From an uncultured Nitrospiraceae bacterium (GTDB lineage Bacteria; Nitrospirota; Nitrospiria; Nitrospirales; Nitrospiraceae): DNA of 64,000 nt. Positions within the stretch are counted from its first letter, which is position 1. Every line of letters starts with the position of its first letter. Below are positions 39,005 through 50,042 of the stretch, piece by piece. Under the pieces are notes generated by a model that ran no database searches, was not told the origin of the DNA, and was given only the letters and a program-made list of their open reading frames with translations. The stretch is taken from positions 96,001 through 160,000 of the forward strand of contig CAVPLT010000007.1 of the NCBI GenBank assembly GCA_963706325.1, in the 5' to 3' direction. A program made the position numbers and the translations under genes.

Positions 39005-40240
39005 ATGAACATTGCGGTGATCGGTGGTGGACCGGCTGGACTGATGGCTGCAGAGGCGGCGTTGGCGGGCGGCGCGCGGGTGGATCTGTACGACTCCATG
39101 GCCTCCATCGGCAGGAAGTTTTTGTTAGCCGGAAAGGGCGGCCTAAACCTGACCCACTCCGACCCCACCGAGCTCTTTCTGTCACGGTATGGCGACCGTC
39201 GGGAACAGGTGGCCCCCTGGCTGGTGGAGTTTGATCCCGCGGCGCTTCGCGCATGGGCACGGGGGCTCGGGGTGGAAACCTGTGTCGGTTCTTCGGGCCG
39301 GGTGTTTCCCACCGATATGAAATCCGCCCCGCTTCTGCGCGCTTGGTTGCGTCGGCTGCGTCAAACGGGGTTGACCGTTCATGTCCGGCACCGTTGGTGC
39401 GGATGGGATGATGCAGGCGCGCTCCGCTTCGAGACCGCTGGCGGACCGCTGACGGTGCGGGCCGATGCGGTCATCTTCGCGATGGGCGGAGGCAGCTGGC
39501 CACAGCTCGGGTCCGATGGCGCGTGGGTGTCTCATTTCACAGAACGCGCCGTTCCGATCGCTCCGCTACAACCGGCCAATTGCGGTTTCGACGTGTGCTG
39601 GAGCGAACACTTTCGGGCCAAGTTCGCCGGCCATCCGGTCAAAACCGTGGGGGTGGTCGCGAAGTCTCCGTCAGGTTCGGTGATGCGTCGTATGGGAGAG
39701 TTTGTGATTACGGACAGCGGCGTCGAGGGTGGCGTGATCTATGCGGTCGCTCCCTACCTTCGCGATGAGATTCAGGCGACTGGTCGAGGGACGCTCCGGC
39801 TTGACCTCGCGCCCGATCGAGAGCTCCCGCGTCTCATCAAGGACCTGTCTCAACCGCGCGGCAAAAAGACGATGGCGACACATTTGCAACGGCGCGCGCA
39901 TATCGAAGGGGTGAAATCCGGCCTGCTTCGAGAATATGTTTCGAAAGAAGATTTTACAGATCCGACGCGCCTGGCAGCGTCGATCAAATCTCTCACGCTC
40001 ACTCTAGTGGCACCGCGTCCTTTGGCGGAGGCGATCAGCACTGCCGGTGGGGTGGGGTTCGAGGCGCTGGACAGCAGACTGATGGTACGCGCCCTGCCGG
40101 GTCTGTTTTGCGCGGGAGAAATGTTGGATTGGGAGGCGCCAACCGGCGGCTATCTGCTCACCGCCTGTTTCGCCAGCGGCCGCGCCGCCGGCGTGGGGGC
40201 GGTCGCGTGGCTGAGGGAGCGTGCAGGGCGTGCCGGGTAA
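39005..40240 (+). CDS. HI0933/BaiN-like flavoprotein (TIGR03862 type)
   Basis: GGGPAGLMAA, GRKFLLAGKGGLNLT, GSSGRVFP, AISTAGGV, DWEAPTGGYLL. Confidence 0.92.
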   Translation: MNIAVIGGGPAGLMAAEAALAGGARVDLYDSMASIGRKFLLAGKGGLNLTHSDPTELFLSRYGDRREQVAPWLVEFDPAALRAWARGLGVETCVGSSGRVFPTDMKSAPLLRAWLRRLRQTGLTVHVRHRWCGWDDAGALRFETAGGPLTVRADAVIFAMGGGSWPQLGSDGAWVSHFTERAVPIAPLQPANCGFDVCWSEHFRAKFAGHPVKTVGVVAKSPSGSVMRRMGEFVITDSGVEGGVIYAVAPYLRDEIQATGRGTLRLDLAPDRELPRLIKDLSQPRGKKTMATHLQRRAHIEGVKSGLLREYVSKEDFTDPTRLAASIKSLTLTLVAPRPLAEAISTAGGVGFEALDSRLMVRALPGLFCAGEMLDWEAPTGGYLLTACFASGRAAGVGAVAWLRERAGRAG

Positions 40241-40790
40241 TTTAGCAGACGCAGACTCGGTGGTAGGCTTGATCGTGCCCGGAATCGGCAACTCTGGGCC
40301 TGGGCACTGGCAGACCGCGTGGGAGCGACAATATCCTGACTGGCAGCGTGTGCAGCAGCGGGATTGGGATCGTCCCGTCCGAGACGAGTGGTTACGCGCT
40401 CTCGATGACGCGATAGGTCGCCTCTCTGTCCCACCGGTGCTGATCGCCCACAGCATGGGCTGCCTCTTAGTGGCTCATTGGGCACATCGTTCGACCGCGC
40501 CTCTCCGAGGAGCCTTTCTGGTAGCAGTCCCCGATCCCGACGGGCCCCTGTTTCCTCCCACTGCGCAAGGGTTTCAGTCCGTTCCTGCGGGGATGCTTCG
40601 CTGCCCGAGCCTCGTGGTCGCCAGCAGCGATGATCCCTTCGGGTCCGTGGCCTATGCCAGACGATGCGCGGTCGGTTGGGGGAGCCTCTTCGTGGAGGTT
40701 GGTGCCGCAGGCCATATCAATGCGGACAGTGGCTTGGGCGATTGGCCCGCCGGTCTGAAGTTATTCGACGGCTGGATGAAATCGTTGTGA
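40221..40790 (+). CDS. RBBP9/YdeN alpha/beta hydrolase
   Basis: VPGIGNSGPGHWQ, AHSMG, SSDDP, AGHIN. Confidence 0.92.
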   Translation: MQGVPGNLADADSVVGLIVPGIGNSGPGHWQTAWERQYPDWQRVQQRDWDRPVRDEWLRALDDAIGRLSVPPVLIAHSMGCLLVAHWAHRSTAPLRGAFLVAVPDPDGPLFPPTAQGFQSVPAGMLRCPSLVVASSDDPFGSVAYARRCAVGWGSLFVEVGAAGHINADSGLGDWPAGLKLFDGWMKSL

Positions 40791-40865
40791 CAGGCTGCGA
40801 TGAGCACCCATGAAACGAGGAGTGTGCCGTCTGGATTTCGTCGGCTTTAGAGTAACTATTCTAGA

Positions 40866-41103
40866 CAGGATGCTCAAAAAGGCCGTCCAGCCAGGCCGCA
40901 GCGAGGTCCACGGCGCGATGAATAATGAGCGCCACGTTTGTGGACGCCGGCGAGTCGGTGAGCCGGCAGTGTCCGAAAGGCGAAGCGTAGTCATTCTTAC
41001 CCGCCCTCCCTGAGCCTGCCGAGACAGGCTCTATGCCCATGGTCGGTACGTTGAGGGTCTGCACGATGCGAGAACGAAGCTGGCGGACTTTTTCAGCATC
41101 CTG
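40866..41103. mobile_element. MITE-like repeat, long composite copy C
   Basis: TIRs CAGGATGCTCAAAAAGGCCGTCCAGC / GCTGGCGGACTTTTTCAGCATCCTG; CTAG on both flanks; no transposase. Confidence 0.85.
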
Positions 41104-41886
41104 CTAGAGCAGGATGCGTTGATATTCCGAATTGGCCAGCGTTCCGGTCTTTAAGTCCCAGTCAATGACGAAAATGGCGGATCGTTCAGATGAGAGGGAG
41201 AGGAGTCGCCGTCCGTTCTGGGCGACCACTGTCTCGGCCGTCGTGAAATCCAACGTACGGTCCGGCCCCGTACGATTGCAGACGAACAACGGCAAGCCCG
41301 TATCTTTTGTGCAGCGTTCCCACTCACCGTTTGGCCCATGGAGTCCCGGAGCCCAGGCTGCCGAAGAGACCAGCATCTTCGCCCCCTGTGCCTTCAGGCT
41401 GTTGGCGATGCCGGGGCTGTAAGCATCCGCGCAAATCAGGAGGCCGACAGTGCCAAACTGCGCCAGTCGACATGCAGTGGCCTGTGTGCCGGGTGTGGAC
41501 CAGGCTTCTGATCCGACGCGCAATGCATTGATCTTGCGGTGACTGCCTGCCAACCGCCCGTCTGGGCCGATGGCAAAAACTGAGTTATACAGCAGCTCAG
41601 ACTGGGGATCCCGTTCGGGATGCGACAAAAAAATTGTGAGTCGCCGACGGGCGGCAAAGCGACACACTTTGGCCATCCAGTGATCCGGCTGCGGCTTGAT
41701 CCATTGAGTCCCGAGGCTGTCGGCGAACGTGTAGCCGGTGACCGCAAGTTCGGGAGTCAAGATCCAGGTAGCGCCCCTATTCGCGGCTTTCATGAGGGCC
41801 GTGGTGACGAGGTGCCGGTTTCGTGCGAGAGCCCCAGGGATGGGTGCGAGGTGCAAGAATGCGATTCGTAGAATAGATCCAGCCAT
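41104..41886 (-). CDS. Carbon-nitrogen hydrolase (nitrilase superfamily)
   Basis: E-K-C triad: TPELAVTGY, HRKI, LLICAD; start uncertain. Confidence 0.9.
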   Translation of the reverse strand: MAGSILRIAFLHLAPIPGALARNRHLVTTALMKAANRGATWILTPELAVTGYTFADSLGTQWIKPQPDHWMAKVCRFAARRRLTIFLSHPERDPQSELLYNSVFAIGPDGRLAGSHRKINALRVGSEAWSTPGTQATACRLAQFGTVGLLICADAYSPGIANSLKAQGAKMLVSSAAWAPGLHGPNGEWERCTKDTGLPLFVCNRTGPDRTLDFTTAETVVAQNGRRLLSLSSERSAIFVIDWDLKTGTLANSEYQRILL

Positions 41887-42177
41887 GAGTCGCAAGCCGA
41901 AGGGAAGCGCGCGCCTGTCCGCTTTGGGATGTGGCACTGTATCATAGCCAGCGTCCGGGTTCGATCAGGTATAGTCGGGTGGAAGGATCAGGATCCCGTG
42001 AATCGCGGAGGAAGGTAGTCGACTCTGAAAAATGGCGTGGGCTCAAGTTCGGGAGCATCACACATAGTAGGACGACTCCGTCCTACGTGCCGGCCCTCTT
42101 GCCCCGTCCTGCCGGGGTGTCGCTCGTACGATGTCCCCTGTCGTGAATGAATAATCAGGCAGAGTCGGCACATACCA

Positions 42178-42193
42178 CTGTCAATTCTAACAG
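42178..42193. promoter_or_regulatory. Palindromic site copy 1 (CTGTCAATTCTAACAG)
   Basis: One of five related sites; upstream of the SYLF gene. Confidence 0.7.
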
Positions 42194-42395
42194 TAGCCAG
42201 AGGAGGACGGCCCACATACGATTGCCTGCTGAGATTCCACGGTGTCACCGGACATCCTGTCTGGGCCTGAGGCTGATGGAGTTCGTGGTGCCACGCATCG
42301 CAAGACAACGGGAAACGCGCGGGCCTGTCGGCGTGGCCACTCTCTTAAACGGCGGCCAGGAGATAGACCCGATTGTTCAACACAAGGAGGAGTTC

Positions 42396-43115
42396 ATGAT
42401 ACAAGTATGCTCGAAATCCCCATCCGCCACAACCAGGCTCGGGTTGATGACCGCGGTATTGCTTGCAACGATGGCCGCGGTGACCGCCATACCCAGCGTG
42501 GCCGATGCTTTCAGGGAGCAGCAGCAATTGGTGGATAAAGCGAAAATGACGATCGAAGCCTTCGCTGCTGATCCGAGCGCGAGAGCCTGGGGCCGCGAGT
42601 TCAAACACGAGGCTAGGGCCTTGTTCATCGTACCGCAATTCTTACGGGGTGCCTTTGTGTTCGGGGGAGCGGGAGGCAGCGGTGTGCTGGTCGTCCGCGA
42701 CGAGAAGACCAACAAGTGGTCCGAGCCCGCGTTTTACACCATCGGTTCCGCCAGTTTCGGCCTGCAAATCGGAGGAGACGTGTCGGAGATGGTCTTTGTG
42801 GTGCGGACTCAGAAAGGGCTGGAAGAGTTCTATCGGAGCGATTTTAAACTCGGGGCGGACGTCAGCATGGCGGTGGGATCGGCAGGCGAAGGGGGGTCGA
42901 TGAAAGGGATTACGGCGGACATGGTCGCTTATGCGAGAAAAAAGGGGGTGTTTGCGGGGGTTTCAGCGGACGGCTCAATCATTGCGGTGTCGGATGATGC
43001 CAACGCGACCTATTACGGCCAACTCGTACGTCCGACAGACATCATCGTCAAAGCGACTGTCAGCAATCCGAGATCCGCCGACCTGCGCAATGCGGCAGCC
43101 AAGTTGGCGCAGTAA
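42396..43115 (+). CDS. Exported lipid-binding SYLF (Ysc84) domain protein
   Basis: GAFVFGGAGGSGVL, WSEPAF, SFGLQIGG, GVFAGVS, ANATYYG. Confidence 0.9.
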   Translation: MIQVCSKSPSATTRLGLMTAVLLATMAAVTAIPSVADAFREQQQLVDKAKMTIEAFAADPSARAWGREFKHEARALFIVPQFLRGAFVFGGAGGSGVLVVRDEKTNKWSEPAFYTIGSASFGLQIGGDVSEMVFVVRTQKGLEEFYRSDFKLGADVSMAVGSAGEGGSMKGITADMVAYARKKGVFAGVSADGSIIAVSDDANATYYGQLVRPTDIIVKATVSNPRSADLRNAAAKLAQ

Positions 43116-43347
43116 TGCCGGGCTTCTCCGGCACTTCTGTTTGGCGGGTGCGGGCGTCTCCGCGACCGTCGCCATTGCCCTGTTTCGGGCGCAGCCTTCT
43201 TCGATCGGCGAGGAAAAGGAGTCCGGGTTCGTCCTAACAATCACAGGCACCAGGCAAAGGAGGATGCTGATTCAATCATTTTTCATCGACCAGTAAGAGC
43301 ATGGACAGGTTCGTTGTTTTTTGCACATCACACCAAGGAGGATTCTG

Positions 43348-43833
43348 ATGAAATCAGTTGTCAGCGTGATCGCAGCGGGAATGATTCTCTGTGCCGTGCC
43401 GGCGTTCGCCGAAACGGCAGGCAATGCCGACACCAGCATGGGAATCTTGATGGAGAAGATCAAGGCGGACAAGAAGCTGTTGGTCGCCAGCAACATGGAG
43501 TTGACCGAAGCGGAAGGCAAGGCCTTTTGGCCCTTGTACGAGGCGTACCAGAAGAAGCTACACAAATTGAACGATCGGCTAGGCAAAACCATTTCGGAGT
43601 ATGCGGATGCCTATAACCAAGGCAAGGGCACGGTCGCAAACGACACCGCCAAGAAGCTGATCCATGAAGCGATCGCGGTTGAGGAGGACGAGGTGAAGCT
43701 GAAGCACACCTATGCGGATAAGATCGGCAAAGTGCTGCCGGCGGCCAAGATGGCGCGGTACATTCAAATCGAGAATAAAATCCGTACGGTCATCAAGGCC
43801 GAGCTCGCCAAACAGATTCCGTTAGTCTATTAG
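43348..43833 (+). CDS. Exported helical protein (paralog of 49422-49895)
   Basis: Signal peptide; ADKKLLVASNM...FWPLYEAYQ...ARYIQIENKIR. Confidence 0.88.
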   Translation: MKSVVSVIAAGMILCAVPAFAETAGNADTSMGILMEKIKADKKLLVASNMELTEAEGKAFWPLYEAYQKKLHKLNDRLGKTISEYADAYNQGKGTVANDTAKKLIHEAIAVEEDEVKLKHTYADKIGKVLPAAKMARYIQIENKIRTVIKAELAKQIPLVY

Positions 43834-43846
43834 GTGCCGGACCGAG

Positions 43847-43896
43847 CTGGCGGGGTCGCCGAAACAAGGTGCCCCGCCAGGCGGTTGGCCGTTTTT
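43847..43896 (+). terminator. Possible intrinsic terminator
   Basis: CTGGCGGGG...CCCCGCCAG stem after the stop, T-run shortly downstream. Confidence 0.45.
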
Positions 43897-44283
43897 GATC
43901 ATCGAAGAGAGAAACCACGAGCCAACGAATAACCGGCGTGATTCAGGCCAAACACCTGTGGGTCTGGTTGTTTGTGTAGAACCGCTGAACTGGCAGCTAT
44001 TATCGTTCGGACGGGCTCCCTGCCGTGCCCCGGAACTGCGGGCTCAGGCAGAACGTCCTTGCTCCGCACCTGTGAGACAGCAGAAAACCAATCGCGCTGG
44101 ATAATCTCACGAGACGAGCGGAATGGGCGACGGTTCGAGGTTTCGGAGCTTCGAACCCCGAATCGCGGATCGCGCCTTTCTCGAATGTCTCGCGTTCACG
44201 CGAAAGGGTATAGGGCCGCTCGCGTTGGGAGAACACAACATTCGTGGACCTGGGATCAGGTGAAGCATCACAAGGCACAACTC

Positions 44284-45627
44284 ATGACTAGTTGGGGACA
44301 TGTCTTAAGCGGAAAGGATGCCTGTGCGGCCAAGAAGTTGTGCCGGTCATGCGCGCCTCTTGTGTGGGCCTGTGTCTGCGTAGTCCTGGTTGCCTGTGCG
44401 GTGAGTAAAGAGCGGGAGGCGCTCCCGCCCCCGCCGGCGCCGGGACCGCTCGGATGGGAGATTCCTCCTCCATTCTCCGCACAGGCGCTGCTGCCGGCGG
44501 ACTGGCTCAAGGGGCCACACCACCTGGTTCAGGACGAAGTCGTCAACGACGGCGCCCAGCACCATTTTGTCGTGACCTCTGACTTCGGAATATTTCCCGC
44601 GACCGGCGCAGCCGTGCTTCGGACTCGCGTCGGAGAAACTGAGGCGATTGCGGCGCTGAAGGATGCGCGCAAATCGGAGGTGGTCGCCGATGCCCTCAAG
44701 TTTCAGCTTCTCCATCCCTTGCGCGGCGCGAAGATGCTGATCATGGAGCCTGTCCGTGTCGGGAGGAGTGTCGCCGGAGGGCTCTTGGAGTTTCTCGCTA
44801 TGCCGGGGCGCGCGAGCAAGTTTGAATGGAGCGACCGGGAAGATTCTGTCACGAAGTCGACGATCGGGTTTTCGTATATGAAGCGAAACCTCGCGTTTCA
44901 GTTCGGGGTGGACCCCTATTCGTCCAATCCGGAGCTGCAGGATAACCTGAACGAACTGGCCTGGATCGCCTTCACCGCTGATTTGGCCCCTCAGTTCGCG
45001 TATTTCTTTATGCCCGGAGGCGCCGTCCTCTGGGCGACCTTTAGCGGCACCCGCTGGACCTCATACCTCGATGAGCAAGTCCGCGACAAATCAGCCGGGG
45101 ATCTGCGTGCCTACAACCGTGACAAATTGGACAAGATGGGAGTCAGTGAGGAGGACATCCATCAGTTCTTTCTCAATCCGATCTACTCTCCTCGACACTG
45201 GACCATCATCACCACGGCGCTCGATGAGTTAACAGGTGTCGATAACCGTGAGGCCTTCCTCGCAGTGGCGAGGGAAGCACCTTCCGAGGACATGGCTTTG
45301 TTTTACCAGCACGTGGCGGAGATGACGCGTGGCTATCACCTGCATGTCGGCGCCGGTAATCGGCTGCTGGCGATGCCGCGCATCCCGGCACTCTATACCA
45401 AGGATCGGGCGCTCGTCGTGATGCTGCCCGTCGATTACCTGTTCTGGACCTCGCGCGTCGCGCGCGTTGCGCAGGCCCTCACAGCTTCTGTGCCTAGTCA
45501 ACCGCGTATCGCCCGGCGCGAACTCTGGATCGCGGGGAATGTTTCGCCGCGTGCCAGGCAGGAATTCGAAGCGATGGGGTGGACGGTGTATGAGCAGGTA
45601 TCGGCCCAGCTCAATCCACCGGCCTGA
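44284..45627 (+). CDS. Hypothetical lipoprotein (start uncertain)
   Basis: LVAC lipobox; FGVDPYSSNPELQ; 5' ORF extension looks non-coding. Confidence 0.75.
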   Translation: MTSWGHVLSGKDACAAKKLCRSCAPLVWACVCVVLVACAVSKEREALPPPPAPGPLGWEIPPPFSAQALLPADWLKGPHHLVQDEVVNDGAQHHFVVTSDFGIFPATGAAVLRTRVGETEAIAALKDARKSEVVADALKFQLLHPLRGAKMLIMEPVRVGRSVAGGLLEFLAMPGRASKFEWSDREDSVTKSTIGFSYMKRNLAFQFGVDPYSSNPELQDNLNELAWIAFTADLAPQFAYFFMPGGAVLWATFSGTRWTSYLDEQVRDKSAGDLRAYNRDKLDKMGVSEEDIHQFFLNPIYSPRHWTIITTALDELTGVDNREAFLAVAREAPSEDMALFYQHVAEMTRGYHLHVGAGNRLLAMPRIPALYTKDRALVVMLPVDYLFWTSRVARVAQALTASVPSQPRIARRELWIAGNVSPRARQEFEAMGWTVYEQVSAQLNPPA

Positions 45628-45888
45628 GCGCTGCGGCCACGTGATGCGCAACGTGTGCTGTGGTCTTGAATCGGACCCGCAGGAGAGTGGGCGATGTCGA
45701 TCGCGGCTCACGCCATCATCCCGGTCGTACAGAGGGATGAGGGAGCGGCATGAAAGAAGTTGCGAAAACGAGACGTATCGATCCGATCAAGTAACCGTAG
45801 GGAAATCAGGCCGATCATTCGAGCCCTGTACGCAGATGTGAGTAGGTTTTGTCGGGCATCTGCTACGGAAAACCAGTTGCGGTGGGAA

Positions 45889-47058
45889 TTGCCTCTTCTG
45901 AAGGGGTATCTTCGCGCGATCTCGGCTTCGGTTCTCTTCTGGGTGCTGCTGTGTATGGGTATAGCCGCTGCTGACGAGAAGGCTCCTGCTCAGAGCGACT
46001 GGCATTATGGGGCCTACCTCGACGGCAGCTATCTCCTCAACTTCAACTTCCCGGAAAACCATCGGTGGCGGAGTAAGATCACGACGCCTCGAACGAACGA
46101 ATTTGCGCCGAACATGGTCATGGGGTACGTGCGTAAAGATGTGACGCCGGACTCGCGATGGGGCCTTGAAGTGGGGGGGCAGGGAGGCTACGACACCAGT
46201 CTCTTAGTGCCCCAACCTACGCCGCAGGGGGATAAGCCCGTCCCGGGAGCGGATGTTTTACGCCATCTCCACCGGGCCAATGTGTCCTATCTGGCGCCCG
46301 TGGGGAATGGGCTGACGCTCACAGCGGGGCTGTTTAATAGCTTCATCGGGTACGAGTCGTACCTTGCCCGCAATAATTACAACTACACCAGATCTTACAT
46401 GGCCGATAATGCGCCCTATTTCATGACCGGCGTGTCCGCGCAATATGCCGTCGATGAGACCTTAAAGTTTGCCGTGTATGTGATCAACGGATACAACAAT
46501 CTTTCACGACCGAATGTGGTGCCCAGCTATGGCACTCAAGTCATGTGGAAGCCGGCGCCTCCCTGGACGCTCACGCAGAATTTCTATTATGGCCCGGATC
46601 AATTCGACACCGATTTGAGGTTCTGGCGGTTTTTCTCAGACAGCATTGTAGAGTGGAAGGATGGAGACTGGACGCTCGCGTTCGCCTACGATGTCGGCAC
46701 GGAGAACGCCGTTGAGCAGGCCGGTCATCCCAGAGTCTTTTGGACCAGCGCGACAGCGGTTGCACGGTACCATGTTCATGGCCCCTGGAGCATCGCGTTT
46801 CGTCCCGAACTGTACTGGGATCGAAACGGACGGGTGACCGCTGCAGAGCAGTTGCTCACCGCCGTGACAAGCACTCTTGAGTACCGGATCGCCGTTGGCC
46901 GCCAGACGGGTATCCTTCGCCTGGAATATCGCTTCGACCGGTCGACCGGTTCTCAGGGTGGCTATTTCGCGAGAGGGGAGATCGCGCCCGGTGTTATCGG
47001 GTTGACCCCGAACCAGAATCTGATCATCTTGGGATTACTGTGGGCGTTTGACTCATAG
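45889..47058 (+). CDS. Outer-membrane beta-barrel porin (BBP2/DUF1597-like)
   Basis: Signal peptide; SFIGYES....NYNYTRSY, P(Y)FMTG; aromatic beta strands; start uncertain. Confidence 0.85.
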   Translation: MPLLKGYLRAISASVLFWVLLCMGIAAADEKAPAQSDWHYGAYLDGSYLLNFNFPENHRWRSKITTPRTNEFAPNMVMGYVRKDVTPDSRWGLEVGGQGGYDTSLLVPQPTPQGDKPVPGADVLRHLHRANVSYLAPVGNGLTLTAGLFNSFIGYESYLARNNYNYTRSYMADNAPYFMTGVSAQYAVDETLKFAVYVINGYNNLSRPNVVPSYGTQVMWKPAPPWTLTQNFYYGPDQFDTDLRFWRFFSDSIVEWKDGDWTLAFAYDVGTENAVEQAGHPRVFWTSATAVARYHVHGPWSIAFRPELYWDRNGRVTAAEQLLTAVTSTLEYRIAVGRQTGILRLEYRFDRSTGSQGGYFARGEIAPGVIGLTPNQNLIILGLLWAFDS

Positions 47059-47283
47059 TAACGCCCTGTGCAGGGCAGGTGAATCACGGCGAGAGGTAGT
47101 GGGTGCACGGAGGCGTTCCGTTCTTTCGGTCTCCGCCGGAGGAGGCAGCACGAACCATCCGTACTCGATTGAGTAGATGCACTTGTTCGGAGCCGCCTCA
47201 GGATTCGATCAGCGATGAACGTTCGTTGTGCGCAAGACGATTGTCATCGAACCGGCGTATTAATACCTTCGAGTGAAAATCTA

Positions 47284-48255
47284 ATGCTGCAATCGCGCGA
47301 CACCCTCAGCCGGTTATGCGCGGGGGTGCTGGGGGCAATGGCGTTGGTTGCGTCATGCCCTCTGACCGCCGCAGGAGAGGACTCACTCAGGGACTCAGCG
47401 GCGAACATCGATCAGGTGTTGCCGGAGACCGAATTGGATGAGGCGACAGAAGAATCTGAGGCCGCTCCCCGGGAAGGAGGTTTATTCAAAAGGTTGGGCC
47501 GTCAACAGGTGACGCCGGAGGAACAGGCACAGGCTGAGCATCTCCGAAAATTAGCCGCCAAGTATGGGACCGATCCCACTGCCATCGTGGGACGAATACA
47601 GTCATCGTCTGCCTATTACGACCTTCACCAAGGAGGGCACGCCGTCGATGCTACGGCCCGTATCGATTTACCGCTGCAGCGAAACTTCCTGCTTCGCGTG
47701 GATGTGCCATTTCTGAAATGGAGCGAGCCCAATCGTCTCCGCACCTCTGTCTCGAGAGGTCTGAGCGACATGGCTGTCACGGCTGCATGGCGGGTGTACA
47801 ACACCCCCGAATATGCCGTAGCCTTCGGCGTGATTTCGACATGTCCCACTGCCGCCGAGACAGCGTTGGGTCTCGGCAAGTATACAGTCGGACCAACCAT
47901 CGCCACAGTCAGATTCGTCTAGGGATGGGAGTCGTTCTCGATCGGATTATTTACACAACAGATTTCCGTCGGCGGCGATGCAAGCCGGAATTCCGTTAAC
48001 CGTTCGAAATTCCAGGCACAAGTTAATTCGTTCTAGGCTGATCGGTGGTGGAGTATTGTGCAGGCCGTATTCCAAGCCGATTGGGATCGATGCGCGAAAA
48101 CCAGTCTGACGCTGGAATTCGAAGTTGGTCGGAGTCTGGTCGGCCGCTGGGGGGTATATGTGCGTCCGTGCGTCGGGATATTCGAGCGGGATCTGATCGG
48201 AGCTACGACTGGAATGGCGAGGGCGTCGTGCGTTATATGTTCCGGAGTTTCTACC
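47284..48255 (+). pseudogene. Disrupted outer-membrane/transporter-like beta-barrel gene
   Basis: Frame continues through TAGs at 47920 and 48034; the C-terminus YDWN...RYMFRSF lies in a shifted frame. Confidence 0.7.
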
Positions 48256-48359
48256 AGGGGCAGGCTGGGCAACAAACCGTGGCGGAAGAGTCGTCACCGA
48301 TGGATGGAATGGACCGGTCCGGAAGGCCTGGTTCTCTCAGTTGTTTGGGGGGAGGTACA

Positions 48360-48941
48360 ATGATCCCTGATGTTCCGACCGGCGGGCGTGGTCGTTCAGG
48401 CCCCTCGCGTCTGTGGTCGATCGGGCTCCTGCTCTATCTCATGACCGCGACAGGATGTCCCAGAATCGTGTCTCTCGATTATCAGCCGAGCAATCAGCTC
48501 AAAGGAGGAGGCACGATCGGGACGGCACCGTTCCGCTATCAAGCCTCCGATGAGCATCATGTTCGTCCGCGTCAGGTAGAAAGCAACTCGTCAGCCACAA
48601 GTGGCTTATTCCTTACCAAGGAAATCGGCGCCTTCTTTTCGGACGCGCTGCGGCTGGAACTCGGCCGGTCGGGGTACACCGTGAATGATTCGAGCGACCG
48701 CATTGTGTCAGGAACCATTACGCGGTTCTATCTCGACTGGAGAAGCGAAGAGGACCGCTGGTTCGAACTGGCGGCGGACTACTCGGTGCAATCGGAAGAG
48801 CGGACTCTCTTCTCCTGGCACTGTTACGTGGTTGAGAAGGGGCAGAACAGACTGATTCAAGACGGGGTTCTAATTCGCACGGGAATAGCAGACTGCATGA
48901 GTCGATTTATCGAAGCCGCGCAGGGCGCGCGGGTTCTCTGA
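48360..48941 (+). CDS. Lipoprotein (YajG-like)
   Basis: GGAGG RBS; ATGC lipobox; DYQP...FSDALRLEL. Confidence 0.75.
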   Translation: MIPDVPTGGRGRSGPSRLWSIGLLLYLMTATGCPRIVSLDYQPSNQLKGGGTIGTAPFRYQASDEHHVRPRQVESNSSATSGLFLTKEIGAFFSDALRLELGRSGYTVNDSSDRIVSGTITRFYLDWRSEEDRWFELAADYSVQSEERTLFSWHCYVVEKGQNRLIQDGVLIRTGIADCMSRFIEAAQGARVL

Positions 48942-49088
48942 ACGGTATGGCTGGCAGCCTCCTGTTCCCTTTCGGTTCAAGTTCGTATGCTACCCTTCGC
49001 CTTCGGTGACGCCCGTGGCGGAGCGATGGTCTTCAATCTGGAACAAAGAAGAGGCGTATTGTCTGGGGGAGAAGGTTAGGGGGGAAAC

Positions 49089-49104
49089 CTGTCAAAACTA
49101 ACAG
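49089..49104. promoter_or_regulatory. Palindromic site copy 2 (CTGTCAAAACTAACAG)
   Basis: Upstream of the 49422 gene; followed by TAGCC like copy 1. Confidence 0.7.
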
Positions 49105-49421
49105 TAGCCGGCTCGTCTTGTTGGGGCTAGGTTACTACACTCAGCAGAAATAGCCGCATAGTAGAGAGACAAAAGGATTGTCCGATGCATGGGGGCAACA
49201 AATACTCCTCGACGTGATGCATATTTACAAGCATTGTTTCACTGAATATGACGAATATCGAAGGACAGCTAGCAACGTCGGTCACTTTAGCGTCCCCACG
49301 ATCGTGGATAGGAAGTTTGTCTACTCATCGTTTTATTCCTGAGCCTAATCATGTTTTGTTGCCTGGCTGCGATTCTTAATCGGATGTGGTTCTATGGTTT
49401 AAACACAAGGAGAGATTAATC

Positions 49422-49895
49422 ATGCGTTTGTCGACAACATGTATCTTGGCTGCCGTTGTACTCTTTGGCATGGTGGGGAGCGCGCAGAGTGCTGCAGAAA
49501 CCACCATGGAAATTTTGCTACAGAAGGTGAAGGCGGACAAGAAGCTCCTCGTGGCCAGCAACATGGGGATTACTGACGAGGAAGGCACGAAGTTCTGGCC
49601 GCTCTATGAGGAGTATCAGAAAGAACTGGATCAAATGAATCGTACTCTCGGCAAGACTATCAAGGAATACGCCGATGCCTTCAACAAGGGACCTCTGCCG
49701 AACGATCAGGCGAAGAGGCTGATGGATGAGGTCATTGCGGTTGAGGAAAAAGAAGTGAAAACCAAGCGGACCTACGCCGACAAGATCGGTAAGGTCCTTC
49801 CGGCTGCCAAGACTGCCCGCTACATTCAAATCGAAAATAAGATCCGGGCACTGTTGAAGGCAGAACTTGCAAGTGAGATTCCGCTCGCATATTGA
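49422..49895 (+). CDS. Exported helical protein (paralog of 43348-43833)
   Basis: Long identical peptide stretches shared with the paralog. Confidence 0.88.
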   Translation: MRLSTTCILAAVVLFGMVGSAQSAAETTMEILLQKVKADKKLLVASNMGITDEEGTKFWPLYEEYQKELDQMNRTLGKTIKEYADAFNKGPLPNDQAKRLMDEVIAVEEKEVKTKRTYADKIGKVLPAAKTARYIQIENKIRALLKAELASEIPLAY

Positions 49896-50042
49896 AGGAA
49901 CGTGCAGCGGCTACTTGTGGCCGACAAGATCGGGACGAGGGCACGAGTCGAGAATTCGACTGTCGTTTCAGAGGTTTTCGGGTGGCCGCGCGTGGGCAAC
50001 GACGCATGACCTGTAGGGGGATGGCACGCCCACCGGGGTCGA

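Noticed and set aside
42067..42086. Perfect dyad GTAGGACG-ACTC-CGTCCTAC
   Set aside because: Single copy; cannot distinguish an operator from a hairpin or chance
47920..48036. Two in-frame TAGs suggesting amber recoding
   Set aside because: The same gene also has a frameshift, TAG is a normal stop elsewhere in the window, and no pyl genes are seen
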